Of a stretch of 64,000 nucleotides of DNA, positions 17,746 to 27,967 are shown one piece after another. The stretch is from Alphaproteobacteria bacterium (lineage in GTDB: Bacteria; Pseudomonadota; Alphaproteobacteria; Bin95). The translations under genes were made by a program, and so were the position numbers. The stretch is from the NCBI GenBank assembly GCA_029978325.1, contig JAPOJR010000001.1, positions 1,773 to 65,772 on the forward strand, written 5' to 3'. The notes beneath the pieces were generated by a model. The model worked only from the letters and a program-made list of their open reading frames with translations, did no database searches and was not told the DNA's origin. How positions within the stretch are numbered: the stretch's first letter is position 1; every line of letters starts with the position of its first letter.

Positions 17746-20466
17746 GTGAAAGTCGTTGTCGTCGAATCGCCCGCCAAAGCGAAGACCATCAACAAATACT
17801 TGGGTAGCGAGTACACCGTGCTGGCTTCCTATGGCCATGTCCGCGACCTGCCGCCGAAAGACGGCTCGGTCCGGCCGGACGAAGACTTCGCCATGGATTG
17901 GGATGTGAACCCGGATGGCGACAAGCGGATCAAGGAAATCGCGCGGGCGCTGAAGGGTGCCGACGGCCTGATCCTCGCCACCGACCCCGACCGGGAGGGC
18001 GAGGCGATCTCCTGGCATGTGAAAGAGGAGTTGGCCCGCCGCCGTGCCTTGGGCACGCGCCATGTGGAGCGCGTCGTATTCCATGAAATTACCAAGTCGG
18101 CCGTGCTGGACGCCATCGCCAACCCGCGCGAACTGAACCAGGAACTGGTTGAGGCTTATCTGGCGCGCCGGGCTTTGGATTATCTCGTTGGCTTCACGCT
18201 ATCGCCTATTCTTTGGCGCAAGCTGCCGGGCTCGCGTTCGGCCGGGAGGGTGCAGTCGGTGGCGCTGCGCCTCATCTGCCAACGGGAAAGCGAGATCGAA
18301 CGCTTCGTTCCGCAGGAATATTGGTCGATCGAAGCCGCGTGCCTGACCGCCGACAGCAAAGCATTCAGTGCCCGCGTCAACGCGTGGCAAGGCAAGCGCC
18401 TGGACCGGCTCGGTATAACCAACAAGGCCATGGCGGATGAAATTGTCGGTGCGTTGGATGGCGCGGCGCTGACCATCGCGTCGGTGGAAAAACGCCAAGT
18501 GCGCCGCAACCCGCCGCCGCCGTTCACCACCTCGACCTTGCAGCAGGAGGCCAGCCGCAAGCTGCGGTTCTCCGCCAGCCAAACCATGCGCATCGCCCAG
18601 CGCCTGTACGAAGGCGTCGATATCGGCGGCGAAACAACCGGCCTCGTCACCTATATGCGGACCGATAGCGTCAATCTCTCGAACGAGGCGCTGGACCAGG
18701 CCCGCTCCTTGATCGGCCAGCGCTACGCCGCGCCTTACCTGCCGGACGCGCCGCGGGTCTTTCAGAACAAGGCGAAAAACGCGCAAGAGGCGCACGAGGC
18801 CATCCGCCCGACCGACATGTCCCGCGACCCGGCGAGCCTGCGCGACATTCTGGAGCCGCAACAACTGGCGCTCTATGAACTGGTGTGGAAACGCACGCTT
18901 GCCAGCCAGATGGCCAATGCGGTGCTAGACCAGGTGACCGTCGATATCGAAACGACCGACCGGCAGGTCGGCCTCCGCGCCGTCGGCACCACCATCCGCT
19001 TCGACGGCTTCCTGACCCTGTACCAGGAAGACGTGGACGACCCGACCGAAGACCGGGACGGCGAGGGACGGTTGCTGCCACCAATGGCCGAGGGCGAGCC
19101 GGTCACCGCGAACAAGATCACGCCGGAACAGCACTTCACCCAACCGCCGCCGCGCTTTACCGAGGCAAGTTTGGTCAAACGGCTGGAAGAACTCGGAATC
19201 GGCCGCCCATCCACCTACGCCAGCATCCTGCAGGTGTTGCAGGACCGGCAATACGTCACCCTGGATCGCCGCCGCTTCAAGGCCGAGGATCGCGGCCGCC
19301 TGGTGACGGCATTCCTGGAAAACTATTTCCAGCGCTATGTCGAATACGATTTTACCGCCGACCTGGAACAATCGCTGGACGACGTTTCGAATGGCGACCG
19401 CGACTGGCGGCAGTTGCTGCGCGAATTCTGGGATGCGTTTTTCAATCGCATCGAGGACACGAAGGACCTGACGATCCGGCAGGTCATCGATGTGCTGGAC
19501 GAGGACCTGGGCCGCCACTTCTTCCCGCCGAATGGCGACGCCGGCAGCGACCCGAGGCAATGCCCGGCCTGCGGCGGTGGCCGGCTGGGCTTGCGGCTGT
19601 CGCGGACGGGCGCATTTATCGGCTGCTCAAACTACCCGGAATGTTCCTACACCCGGGCGCTGGCAATGCCGGGCGAGAATGACGAGATCAGCCTGCCGAA
19701 AGCCTTGGGCATCGATCCCGAAAGCGGCTTCGAAGTCTCGCTGCGCAAGGGGCCTTACGGGCTTTATGTGCAATTGGGCGAAGCCTCGGAGGATAACAAA
19801 AAACCAAAACGCGCATCCTTGCTGCGCGGCACGCCGCCGGACGATGTCGACCTGCAGATGGCGCTGGCGCTGTTGGCGCTGCCGCGGGAGGTTGGATTGC
19901 ATCCCGAGAGCGGCCAGCCCATCACCGCCGCCATCGGTCGCTTCGGCCCCTATATCGCCCATGACAAAAAGTTCGTGTCGCTGAAGGGCGACGACGACGT
20001 GCTGAGCATCGGCCTGAACCGGGCGGTCACGCTGCTGGCGGAAGCGGCAGAGAAAGGCGGCGGCCAGGGGCTATTGCGCGAATTGGGCAACCATCCGACC
20101 ACCGGCGAGCCGGTGACGCTGAACCGCGGCCGCTTTGGCCCCTACGTCAAGCACGGCAAGATCATGGCCAGCCTGCGCAAGGCCAATGACCCGGAAACCA
20201 TGACCCTGGACGAGGCCATGGTTCTGATCCAGGCCAAGGAAGAGCGCGACGCAGCCAAAGGCAAGGGTAAGGCTGCTTCGGCCAAGAAGGCGCCGGCTAA
20301 AAAAGCGGCTGAAAAGACGGCTGACAGCGGGGAAGCAGCGACGAAAAAGGCGCCGGCCGAGAAGGCGGCACCGAAAAAGGCCGCCAAAAAGCCAGCCGCT
20401 AAGAAACCGGCCACAAAAAAAACTCCAGCGAAAAAAACTAAACCCGCGAAAGCTGACGAGGCGTGA
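17746..20466 (+). CDS. topA: DNA topoisomerase I
   Basis: 906 aa; N-terminal Toprim (VVVESPAKAKTI.., DPDREGE); C4 zinc ribbon (CPACGGG..C..C); C-terminal Lys/Ala/Pro-rich tail. Confidence 0.95.
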   Translation: MKVVVVESPAKAKTINKYLGSEYTVLASYGHVRDLPPKDGSVRPDEDFAMDWDVNPDGDKRIKEIARALKGADGLILATDPDREGEAISWHVKEELARRRALGTRHVERVVFHEITKSAVLDAIANPRELNQELVEAYLARRALDYLVGFTLSPILWRKLPGSRSAGRVQSVALRLICQRESEIERFVPQEYWSIEAACLTADSKAFSARVNAWQGKRLDRLGITNKAMADEIVGALDGAALTIASVEKRQVRRNPPPPFTTSTLQQEASRKLRFSASQTMRIAQRLYEGVDIGGETTGLVTYMRTDSVNLSNEALDQARSLIGQRYAAPYLPDAPRVFQNKAKNAQEAHEAIRPTDMSRDPASLRDILEPQQLALYELVWKRTLASQMANAVLDQVTVDIETTDRQVGLRAVGTTIRFDGFLTLYQEDVDDPTEDRDGEGRLLPPMAEGEPVTANKITPEQHFTQPPPRFTEASLVKRLEELGIGRPSTYASILQVLQDRQYVTLDRRRFKAEDRGRLVTAFLENYFQRYVEYDFTADLEQSLDDVSNGDRDWRQLLREFWDAFFNRIEDTKDLTIRQVIDVLDEDLGRHFFPPNGDAGSDPRQCPACGGGRLGLRLSRTGAFIGCSNYPECSYTRALAMPGENDEISLPKALGIDPESGFEVSLRKGPYGLYVQLGEASEDNKKPKRASLLRGTPPDDVDLQMALALLALPREVGLHPESGQPITAAIGRFGPYIAHDKKFVSLKGDDDVLSIGLNRAVTLLAEAAEKGGGQGLLRELGNHPTTGEPVTLNRGRFGPYVKHGKIMASLRKANDPETMTLDEAMVLIQAKEERDAAKGKGKAASAKKAPAKKAAEKTADSGEAATKKAPAEKAAPKKAAKKPAAKKPATKKTPAKKTKPAKADEA

Positions 20467-22688
20467 AGCCGCCAGCCGACGCCCCTTCGCGCGAGGAGCT
20501 GCTCGCCTTCATACAGGAGAGCGGCCGGGTCATGGACCGGCGCGAACTCGCTCGGGCTTTCCGGGTCAAAGGCGGCGCTCGCGCCGACCTGAAGCAAACC
20601 CTGCGCGAGTTGGAGGCCGAAGGCCTGATCGACCGCGGCCCTGGCAAGTCGGTCGGCGTACCGGGGGCACTGCCTAGCGTAACCGTGGTCAACGTCGTCC
20701 GCATCAACAGCGACGGCGACCTGGTGGCGGAACCGCACGGCCACCGCAGCGACGGCGAAATGCCGGAAATCCTGTTCTACGCCCGCGACCGCAACGCGCG
20801 GGATCTGGCCGTCGGCTCGCAGGTGCTGGCGCGGCTGACCAAACGCGGCGAGGCCAGCTACAAGGGCGACGTGATCCGCCACCTGAAAGCCGGGCCGCAA
20901 CGCTTCCTAGCGGTGGTCGCAGAGCAGGAAGGCGCAAGGTTCCTTCGCGCCGCTGACAAACGCGACCGCAACGACTATCGCATCGACGGCGGCCGCACGC
21001 CGCCGGCTGTGGGCTCCATCGTATGGGCCATAGCCAAGCCAGGACGGCGGACCCAACCGGCTGCGACCATCTCGGAAGTGCTGGGCCACCTTGATGCGCC
21101 GAACGCCATCAGCGCCCTGGCCATCGCCGAACATGAAATCCCCTGCGACTTTCCGGACGAAGCCGTTACAGAGGCGGAGGCCGCAGAGCCGGTGGGCCTG
21201 GATTCTCATAGGGTCGACCTGCGCCATATCCCGCTGGTCACCATCGACGGCTCGGACGCGCGCGACTTCGACGACGCGGTCCATGCCGAGCCGCTGGCGA
21301 ACGGCGGCTGGCGCATCACCGTGGCCATCGCCGATGTCGCCTGGTACGTGCGGCCAGGGTCCGCTCTGGACGAGGAGGCGGAAACCCGCGGCAACTCCGT
21401 CTATTTCCCCGACCGGGTTGTGCCGATGTTGCCGGAGGCGCTTTCCAACGACCTTTGCTCGCTGCGCCCGGATGGCGACCGCGCCTGCATGGCGGCGATC
21501 ATGGATTTCGACGCCGAAGGCATCAAACGCAGCCATCGCTTTGTCCGGGGTCTGATGCGATCGACAGCCCGGCTGATCTATGAAGAGGTGCAGGCAGCTT
21601 TCGACGGCCAGCCGAACGAAAAGACTGCGCCGTTGCTGGAGCCGGTGATCAAGCCGCTCTATGCGGCCTATGCCTTGCTCGCCAAAGCGCGGGCCAAGCG
21701 GGGGCCGTTGGAACTCGACATGGCCGAGCAGATCTTCGAGATGGACGAGGAGCGGCGGCAATTGCAATCGGTCCGGCCGCGCCCGCGTCTGGATAGCCAT
21801 CGCCTGATCGAAGACTTCATGATCGCCGCCAACGTCGCCGCCGCCGAAACCCTGGTCGACCGGCGCGCGCCATGCCTGTTCCGGGTCCATGACAAGCCGG
21901 ACCCGCTGCGCATCGAATCGCTGGCCGGGGTCCTGGGCGAAATGGGGATCAAGGCCAGCGCCAGCGCAATATCGCAGCCGCGCCAATTTACCGACCTGGT
22001 GCGCAAGGCCGCCGACACCCCCTATGCCGCTTTGGTCAGCGACCTGGTGCTGCGGGCGCAGGCGCAGGCGATCTATCATCAGGAGAACATTGGGCATTTT
22101 GGCCTTGCACTGGCCCGTTACGCCCACTTTACCTCGCCGATTCGCCGCTATTCCGACCTGATCGTCCATCGCTCGCTGATCGCCAGCCTCGGCCTTGGCG
22201 AAGGCGGGCTGCCGCCGGAACAACACCTGCGGCTCGACAAAGTCGCAGAACATATTTCCATGACGGAGCGCCGGGCCGCGGCGGCCGAACGCCAGGTGCA
22301 TGAGCGCTTTGCCGCCGCCTATCTGGCCGACCACATAGGCGAAACCTTTCAAGGCCGCATTACAGGGGTGCATAAGGCCGGCATTTTCGTCCGCATCGAG
22401 GCCGTTGGGGCCGAAGGCCTGGTGCCGCGAGCGCTACTTCCCGATGATTTCTGGGACGTCGACCCCGGCCGACATCTGTTGATCGGTCGGCGAACTGGGC
22501 TGGAATTCCGGCTCGGCGACACCCTCCAGGTCACCTTGCGCGAAGCAGAGCCCATCAACGGCGGTCTGATTTTCAGCGCGGAGGTCGATGGCGCCGCGAA
22601 TCCTGCCGGAGCCCGGCCACATCGACGGTCGACATCGAAGCCTCGCGGCGGCGTGCCGAAAGGCGTACGCCGCGGCAAGCGCCGCTAG
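20463..22688 (+). CDS. rnr: Ribonuclease R (RNB-family 3'-5' exoribonuclease)
   Basis: 741 aa; RNB catalytic core (IDGSDARDFDDAVH..); C-terminal S1 domain and basic tail; 4-nt overlap with topA. Confidence 0.9.
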   Translation: MKPPADAPSREELLAFIQESGRVMDRRELARAFRVKGGARADLKQTLRELEAEGLIDRGPGKSVGVPGALPSVTVVNVVRINSDGDLVAEPHGHRSDGEMPEILFYARDRNARDLAVGSQVLARLTKRGEASYKGDVIRHLKAGPQRFLAVVAEQEGARFLRAADKRDRNDYRIDGGRTPPAVGSIVWAIAKPGRRTQPAATISEVLGHLDAPNAISALAIAEHEIPCDFPDEAVTEAEAAEPVGLDSHRVDLRHIPLVTIDGSDARDFDDAVHAEPLANGGWRITVAIADVAWYVRPGSALDEEAETRGNSVYFPDRVVPMLPEALSNDLCSLRPDGDRACMAAIMDFDAEGIKRSHRFVRGLMRSTARLIYEEVQAAFDGQPNEKTAPLLEPVIKPLYAAYALLAKARAKRGPLELDMAEQIFEMDEERRQLQSVRPRPRLDSHRLIEDFMIAANVAAAETLVDRRAPCLFRVHDKPDPLRIESLAGVLGEMGIKASASAISQPRQFTDLVRKAADTPYAALVSDLVLRAQAQAIYHQENIGHFGLALARYAHFTSPIRRYSDLIVHRSLIASLGLGEGGLPPEQHLRLDKVAEHISMTERRAAAAERQVHERFAAAYLADHIGETFQGRITGVHKAGIFVRIEAVGAEGLVPRALLPDDFWDVDPGRHLLIGRRTGLEFRLGDTLQVTLREAEPINGGLIFSAEVDGAANPAGARPHRRSTSKPRGGVPKGVRRGKRR

Positions 22689-22768
22689 AGCCGGCGCCGG
22701 CCGCAAACAAAACTGCGCCACACGATCAATTCATTTCCATTACGCGAACGATGATCTAGGCTCGGGCT

Positions 22769-24394
22769 ATGCTGGCAGATCGTTCTCCTCTGACAAACCT
22801 GATGGACCAGCGTTCATTTGTGGCGCGCCGGCTTGCTCTTGTTGTCGCATTCGCGACTGCTATCGTGGCCCTGACGGCGTGCGCCACACCGACACCCCAA
22901 CAATTTTCCCCAACATACTCCAAGTCGGACGCTCTGTTACTGTTCGAGGATGCGTTCACTCACATCCAGCGCCGCTATGTCGAGCCTGTGTCGATCGCGC
23001 CGCTGGCTTTGCATGGGGTGCGTGCGCTCATGCAGAATGGCAATGTAGGCAGTCTGCAAATTATTGAGGATGGCGATTCCATCACCTTGCAACGCCAGGC
23101 CGTTTTACTCGCACGGTACAATCGGCCAACGCCGGACGATGCTACCGGATGGGCGAAGCTTACCGCCGATGTCCTGCTGCAAGCCAGCCAGGCCGAAGCC
23201 ACGCTGCATGCGATGCCGGCCGAACAGCTATACAAGATGGTCATGGATGGCGTTGTCAAGCAACTCGATCCGTTTTCGCGGTATGAGAACGCGCGCATGG
23301 CCGCAAACCAAAAGGCATCGCGTGAGGGATTTGTCGGCATTGGCGTCACCATCAAAACCGAATCTGGCCTTACCCATGTCGTTGAAGTTCTTAAGGATAC
23401 GCCGGCGGCGACGGCCGGCCTCGCAGTCGGAGATTTGCTGACATCTGCCGACGGCGTACCGCTGAAAGATATGGACGGCAATGGCGTTGTCGATCACTTG
23501 CGCGGCCCCATCGGCAGCTCTGTCGACCTCACTTTGCAACGGGGCGTACCCCCGCGAACTCTCGCATTCACGCTGCGGCGGGACTTCATCATCCCGGCCA
23601 CGGTGGAAGGTCGCCGGGAAGATAATGTCATCGTGCTGCCGCTGACCGGCTTCAACGTCAACACCGCTGCCGAGGTCAAAAAAGAGTATATGCGGCTGGA
23701 ATCGGCCCGCAGCAGGCTGGCCGGCATTGTCCTCGATCTTAGGGGCAACCCGGGTGGATTGCTTGGCCAGGCTGTGCAGGTAGCCGATCTATTCCTGGAT
23801 CACGGTTTGATGGTCAGTACATTGGGCCGGCACCCGGCTTCCAACAGCTCCTTCACAGCTGACAGCCAGCAAATTGCGGCCGAAATTCCGATCGTGATCC
23901 TGACCAATGGCGACTCGGCTTCGGCGTCGGAATTGTTGGCGGCAGCTCTTCAGGACAGGGGCCGTGCCGTCGTGGTCGGCACCGCCACACATGGAAAAGG
24001 GACCGTGCAGAACCTGGTGGAGATGCTGAACGGTGGCGAACTGGTGCTGACCTGGTCACGCATGCACGCTCCATCCGGCTATGTCTTGGACGGACTAGGC
24101 GTATTGCCCAATATATGCACTGCGGACCGAGAGCCCGTGCTAAACGCGGCCCAGGTTTACGCCAAGGTCGAAGCCTATACCCGGCACGCCGCAGCATGGC
24201 ACGACTTCCGCAACGCGAATGCGGAGAAAGCAGCGGCCCTTCGGCAATTTTGTCCCGCTGCGCTGAATGTGTCCGACAGCGACATGGCGTTAGCTAAGCG
24301 GTTATTGCACGACCCAGCCCTGTACCAGCGGGCCCTGGCGCCTACCGTCGAAAGCGCTGCAGCAGGGTCAGCATATGGCGCTGGCCAATCGTGA
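22769..24394 (+). CDS. S41-family C-terminal processing peptidase, probable lipoprotein
   Basis: 541 aa; signal/lipobox (LTAC); PDZ domain; S41 catalytic region (GNPGG..ASASE..HGKGTVQ). The start may be the ATG at 22802. Confidence 0.85.
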   Translation: MLADRSPLTNLMDQRSFVARRLALVVAFATAIVALTACATPTPQQFSPTYSKSDALLLFEDAFTHIQRRYVEPVSIAPLALHGVRALMQNGNVGSLQIIEDGDSITLQRQAVLLARYNRPTPDDATGWAKLTADVLLQASQAEATLHAMPAEQLYKMVMDGVVKQLDPFSRYENARMAANQKASREGFVGIGVTIKTESGLTHVVEVLKDTPAATAGLAVGDLLTSADGVPLKDMDGNGVVDHLRGPIGSSVDLTLQRGVPPRTLAFTLRRDFIIPATVEGRREDNVIVLPLTGFNVNTAAEVKKEYMRLESARSRLAGIVLDLRGNPGGLLGQAVQVADLFLDHGLMVSTLGRHPASNSSFTADSQQIAAEIPIVILTNGDSASASELLAAALQDRGRAVVVGTATHGKGTVQNLVEMLNGGELVLTWSRMHAPSGYVLDGLGVLPNICTADREPVLNAAQVYAKVEAYTRHAAAWHDFRNANAEKAAALRQFCPAALNVSDSDMALAKRLLHDPALYQRALAPTVESAAAGSAYGAGQS

Positions 24395-24420
24395 TCGGCA
24401 GGCAACGATCAACGGGCGAC

Positions 24421-24449
24421 TTGACCTGAAGGCCACAAATCGCTATCAA
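24421..24449 (+). promoter_or_regulatory. Candidate sigma70 promoter for rpmG
   Basis: TTGACC (24421-24426), 17-nt spacer, TATCAA (24444-24449). AAGGA RBS at 24471-24475 before the ATG at 24486. Confidence 0.45.
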
Positions 24450-24485
24450 GCCTGCCTGATTTTCAGTGGATAAGGATGCACGGTC

Positions 24486-24653
24486 ATGGCAAAGCCCGCC
24501 ACCGTTCTGGTCAAGCTGGTAAGCACTGCGGATACCGGCTTTTACTACGTCGCCAAGAAAAACCCGCGCACCAAGCCGGAAAAGATGGAATTCAAGAAAT
24601 TCGATCCGGTCGCGCGTAAGCACGTGGTGTTCAAAGAGCAAAAGATGAAATAA
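24486..24653 (+). CDS. rpmG: 50S ribosomal protein L33
   Basis: 55-aa ORF, below the ORF-track size cutoff. [55 protein letters not shown] is a textbook L33 sequence. Confidence 0.9.
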   Translation: MAKPATVLVKLVSTADTGFYYVAKKNPRTKPEKMEFKKFDPVARKHVVFKEQKMK

Positions 24654-24693
24654 GCGAATCTTCGCGTATTTTTGATTGACCGCTGATTACGGA

Positions 24694-24730
24694 AACGGCT
24701 GCCGGCGAATAAACGCCGGCGGCCTTTTTT
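24694..24730 (+). terminator. Rho-independent terminator of rpmG
   Basis: ggctgccggcg / cgccggcggcc stem with aataaa loop, followed by TTTTTT (24725-24730). Confidence 0.65.
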
Positions 24731-24740
24731 GGTTTATGGC

Positions 24741-25595
24741 TCAGCCGCGGGGCCGCCGCTCAGGCAGGTGAATGGTCGAGCCCTTGAACTTATTCCAATT
24801 GCGCACATCCAGGTTGAGAAACAGCGGCGGCTCGACAAACCGCGTGGTGAAGCCGCTGCGGCCAAAGCGATAGCGCATATAGCCGAGCCGCGCCACGCCC
24901 GGCACCACCTTGCGCGCGCCCATCAGAAACGACGTCGCCGGTGCCCAGACTAGCTTTGTCCCGCCCATTGTCACGCGGCGAAAGCGGTGCAGATGGCCGC
25001 TGCCGACCAGAGCGACGCCGTGGCGGGCGCACAACTCCATCATCCGGGCGCGGCCCTCCGGAAACAATGCCGTCAGCATACGGCCTTGGGCTTCCGGGTC
25101 ACGCACGAACAAAGGTTTGTGCAGCCAGATCGCCAGCCGCCGCTCGCCAGCATCGGCCAAAGCCACCTCCAGAAAGGACCATTGCTCCGGTTCGCTCGGC
25201 AAGCCGCTGTCGATCAACTGCGCGTTCAGGCCGATGAACCGCCAGTTGTCCAGGTCCTGGACCCACCAATCGGCATCGACATGCTGGCGGAACGTCGCGC
25301 GCAACGGTTCTGTCAACGGGTGATTGTTGCGCTCGTCCGGCGGCGTGTCGCCGGCATCATGATTGCCAGGAATGGCACGCCACGGCACCGGCAAACGGTC
25401 GAGTTGCTGGCGTGCATAAGCAAATTCCCAATCCCGATCCGGTCCATTAACGCAAACATCGCCGGTGACAAAGATGTAATCCGGCGGGTCGGCATGCATC
25501 TCATCAACAAAAACGTCGTAATTGTCCTGGAACCACGCGTGCGTCGGCGACAGGTGAATGTCCGAAACCTGGACAATATCGAGCATACCAAGCAA
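24741..25595 (-). CDS. Calcineurin-like metallophosphoesterase
   Basis: Motifs DIHLS, GDVCVNG and GNHD typical of the metallophosphatase superfamily. TTG at 25595 or ATG at 25586. Confidence 0.8.
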   Translation of the reverse strand: MLGMLDIVQVSDIHLSPTHAWFQDNYDVFVDEMHADPPDYIFVTGDVCVNGPDRDWEFAYARQQLDRLPVPWRAIPGNHDAGDTPPDERNNHPLTEPLRATFRQHVDADWWVQDLDNWRFIGLNAQLIDSGLPSEPEQWSFLEVALADAGERRLAIWLHKPLFVRDPEAQGRMLTALFPEGRARMMELCARHGVALVGSGHLHRFRRVTMGGTKLVWAPATSFLMGARKVVPGVARLGYMRYRFGRSGFTTRFVEPPLFLNLDVRNWNKFKGSTIHLPERRPRG

Positions 25596-25607
25596 CTCCG
25601 TATCAGG

Positions 25608-26528
25608 TCAGGTCGAGCCCCTGTCGGCTCGTTCGGATGAACGCGGCGCCAGCGCATCCTGGAGCGCATCGCCCAGGAAGTTCACGCTAACCACCGTGAG
25701 AAAGATCGCAAGTCCGGGATAGACCGCCAGCATCGGCGCCTGCCAGATCAACTCCTGAGCGCCGGTCAACATGTTCCCCCAACTGGGCGTCGGCGGTTGA
25801 ATACCAAGGCCGAGGAAGCTCAGCGCGCTTTCGAACAGGATCACCTGGCCCATCGCCAATGTCGTCGCCACAATCAACGGCCCGCTGACATTCGGCAGGA
25901 TATGGCGGATTGCCACGACCGCCGGTGCAACCCCAAGCGCCCGCGCCGCCAAGACATACCCTTGCTCCCGCGCCGCCAGAGTCGCGCCCCGCACCAATCG
26001 CGCGGGGGTGGTCCAGCCGACGGCGGCAACGATGAGGACGATGCGGATCAGGCCGAAGCTTTGCTCCTCGGCCCAGGCGCCGAACCCCAGCTTTGTAGGA
26101 TCGATGGCGGCCAGCACGATCAGCAACGGCAGCAACGGCAGCGCGATGACGCTGTCGACCAGGCGCATCAGCATGGCGTCGAGCCAACCGCCCATATATC
26201 CCGCAGCCAGTCCAACGACTGTGCCGATGCTGGCGGCCGCCACCGCTGCCACCAATGCAACACTCAAAGAGACCTGCCCGCCGGCCAGCAACCGCAACAG
26301 CACATCTCGGCCAAGGTCGTCCTGTCCCAACGGATGGCTGCCGCTTGGAGCGCCGTATTGACCGAACAGGTCGACGGCATTCGGGTCGATGCCCAGTACC
26401 GCCGCAAGCCAGCCAGCGCTGAGGCAGGCCACGACCAGCAAAACCAGCACCACTAGTCCCGCCAGGCCAAAGCGGTGCTGCCGAAATCGTTGCCAGGCCC
26501 GGGCGGTGGTTCCCATTGTCGGCCTCAA
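25608..26528 (-). CDS. ABC transporter permease (DppC/OppC type)
   Basis: 306 aa, about 6 TM helices, BPD-transporter-like region; operon partner of the next permease. Confidence 0.85.
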   Translation of the reverse strand: MRPTMGTTARAWQRFRQHRFGLAGLVVLVLLVVACLSAGWLAAVLGIDPNAVDLFGQYGAPSGSHPLGQDDLGRDVLLRLLAGGQVSLSVALVAAVAAASIGTVVGLAAGYMGGWLDAMLMRLVDSVIALPLLPLLIVLAAIDPTKLGFGAWAEEQSFGLIRIVLIVAAVGWTTPARLVRGATLAAREQGYVLAARALGVAPAVVAIRHILPNVSGPLIVATTLAMGQVILFESALSFLGLGIQPPTPSWGNMLTGAQELIWQAPMLAVYPGLAIFLTVVSVNFLGDALQDALAPRSSERADRGST

Positions 26529-27487
26529 GCGTCCCTCAGGTGCGAAAAGGATACGCGCGGATCGACGGCGGCGTAGGCAATGTCAGCGGTCAGGTTAGCC
26601 GCCAAGGTGACGCCGGTGCCGAACAACAGCGCCACCAGCGCCAGGTTATAGTCGTTGCCCATCACCGCATCGAACAGCAGCTTGCCCATGCCGGGGTAGC
26701 CAAACATCATCTCGACAATCAGCGCACCGCTGAACAGGCCGCCGACATCCAGCGCCAGGATCGAGATCACCGGAATCATGGCGTTGCGGAGCGCGTGCCG
26801 CCACACGATGCCGGCATCGCTCAGGCCCTTGGCGCGGGCGGTGCGGATGTGATCGGCGGCCAGAGCCTCGCGCATGGCGGCCCGCATATAGCGGGTGATG
26901 CCGCCCGCTTGCAGCAGGCCGAGCGTCAGCACCGGCAGCGCCAGATGGCGCAACTGCGCCGCCAGGCCAGGCTCAAGCGCCACAGCGCTGGCGGGGAACA
27001 CCTGCCAATGCACCGCAAACAGCAGGATCAGCAACAGCGCCAACCAGAAAGCCGGCATGGCGACGCCGGCAAAGCAGATAAGGTTGACGGCATAGTCCAG
27101 GCGCGAATGCGGCCTCGCGCCGGCCGCCATGCCGGCAGGCAAGCCAATCAGCAGCGCAACGGCGAAGCTGCCGCCCATTAGCAGCAAAGTGCGCCGCAAG
27201 GGCTCCGCCAGCGCGTCCGCAACCGGCTGGGCGAAAAGCCGGGAATAGCCGAATTCACCCTGCACCGCCTGCAAGGCCCAGGCGAGGTAGCGTTGCAGCC
27301 ACGGCTCATCCAAGCCATACAGCAGCCGCAGCCGGGCAATGTCCGCCGCGGTCAGCCTCGGGTCGGCAGACAGCGCCAAATCGATGGGGTCGCCCGGCAT
27401 CAGACCGATCAGGCCATAAATCGCCACCGACATCATCGCCAGCACCAACAGCGATTGCGCCAGCCGCGATGCCAGGAACCGCATCAT
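26525..27487 (-). CDS. ABC transporter permease (DppB/OppB type)
   Basis: 320 aa; typical OppB N-terminus (LxRLxQSLLVL..) and EAA-like loop; 4-nt overlap with the downstream permease. Confidence 0.85.
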   Translation of the reverse strand: MMRFLASRLAQSLLVLAMMSVAIYGLIGLMPGDPIDLALSADPRLTAADIARLRLLYGLDEPWLQRYLAWALQAVQGEFGYSRLFAQPVADALAEPLRRTLLLMGGSFAVALLIGLPAGMAAGARPHSRLDYAVNLICFAGVAMPAFWLALLLILLFAVHWQVFPASAVALEPGLAAQLRHLALPVLTLGLLQAGGITRYMRAAMREALAADHIRTARAKGLSDAGIVWRHALRNAMIPVISILALDVGGLFSGALIVEMMFGYPGMGKLLFDAVMGNDYNLALVALLFGTGVTLAANLTADIAYAAVDPRVSFSHLRDA

Positions 27488-27502
27488 GCCGGGATTTCCC
27501 GC

Positions 27503-27919
27503 CTAGTCCGCCAATACCTGGTGCACTTCGATGATCGTGCCGGCCGGGTCGTGGAAATACACCTGGTGCCATAGCTTGGTGAAGGTGGTGCCATAGTCGA
27601 CATAGGGCACACCGCGGTCTTCCAAATGCTTCTTAAACGCTTCGATATCGTCGGTGCGAAAAGCGACGTGGCCGCGCTCCAACGGATTGATCTGCTTGCC
27701 GGCGCGGATACCCACATTGGTATCGGTTTCAGTCAGGTGAAACTGTGAGCCATTCTCGCTGACCCGGAAGGCCAGCTGGCCAGCATACAGCGCGCCGGGG
27801 ATCGACGGCACGGCGCGCATCTCCGGAATATCGTCCTGCAACAGCACGTCACCGTAAAACGCGTCCAACTCCGGCACATCGTGATGATTGATATTGAGGT
27901 GATGAAACCAGAGTTTCAT
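27503..27919 (-). CDS. VOC-family (glyoxalase/bleomycin-resistance/dioxygenase) protein
   Basis: 138 aa; paired beta-alpha-beta-beta-beta modules with His/Glu metal ligands (HHLNI.., HVAF..). Confidence 0.7.
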   Translation of the reverse strand: MKLWFHHLNINHHDVPELDAFYGDVLLQDDIPEMRAVPSIPGALYAGQLAFRVSENGSQFHLTETDTNVGIRAGKQINPLERGHVAFRTDDIEAFKKHLEDRGVPYVDYGTTFTKLWHQVYFHDPAGTIIEVHQVLAD

Positions 27920-27967
27920 GGGTTAGCCTCCTGAAGGTCACGGATGCGCGAACCTAGTGCCCTCGGC

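Noticed and set aside
20907-22373. 488-aa minus-strand ORF antisense to rnr
   Set aside because: Shadow ORF opposite RNase R.
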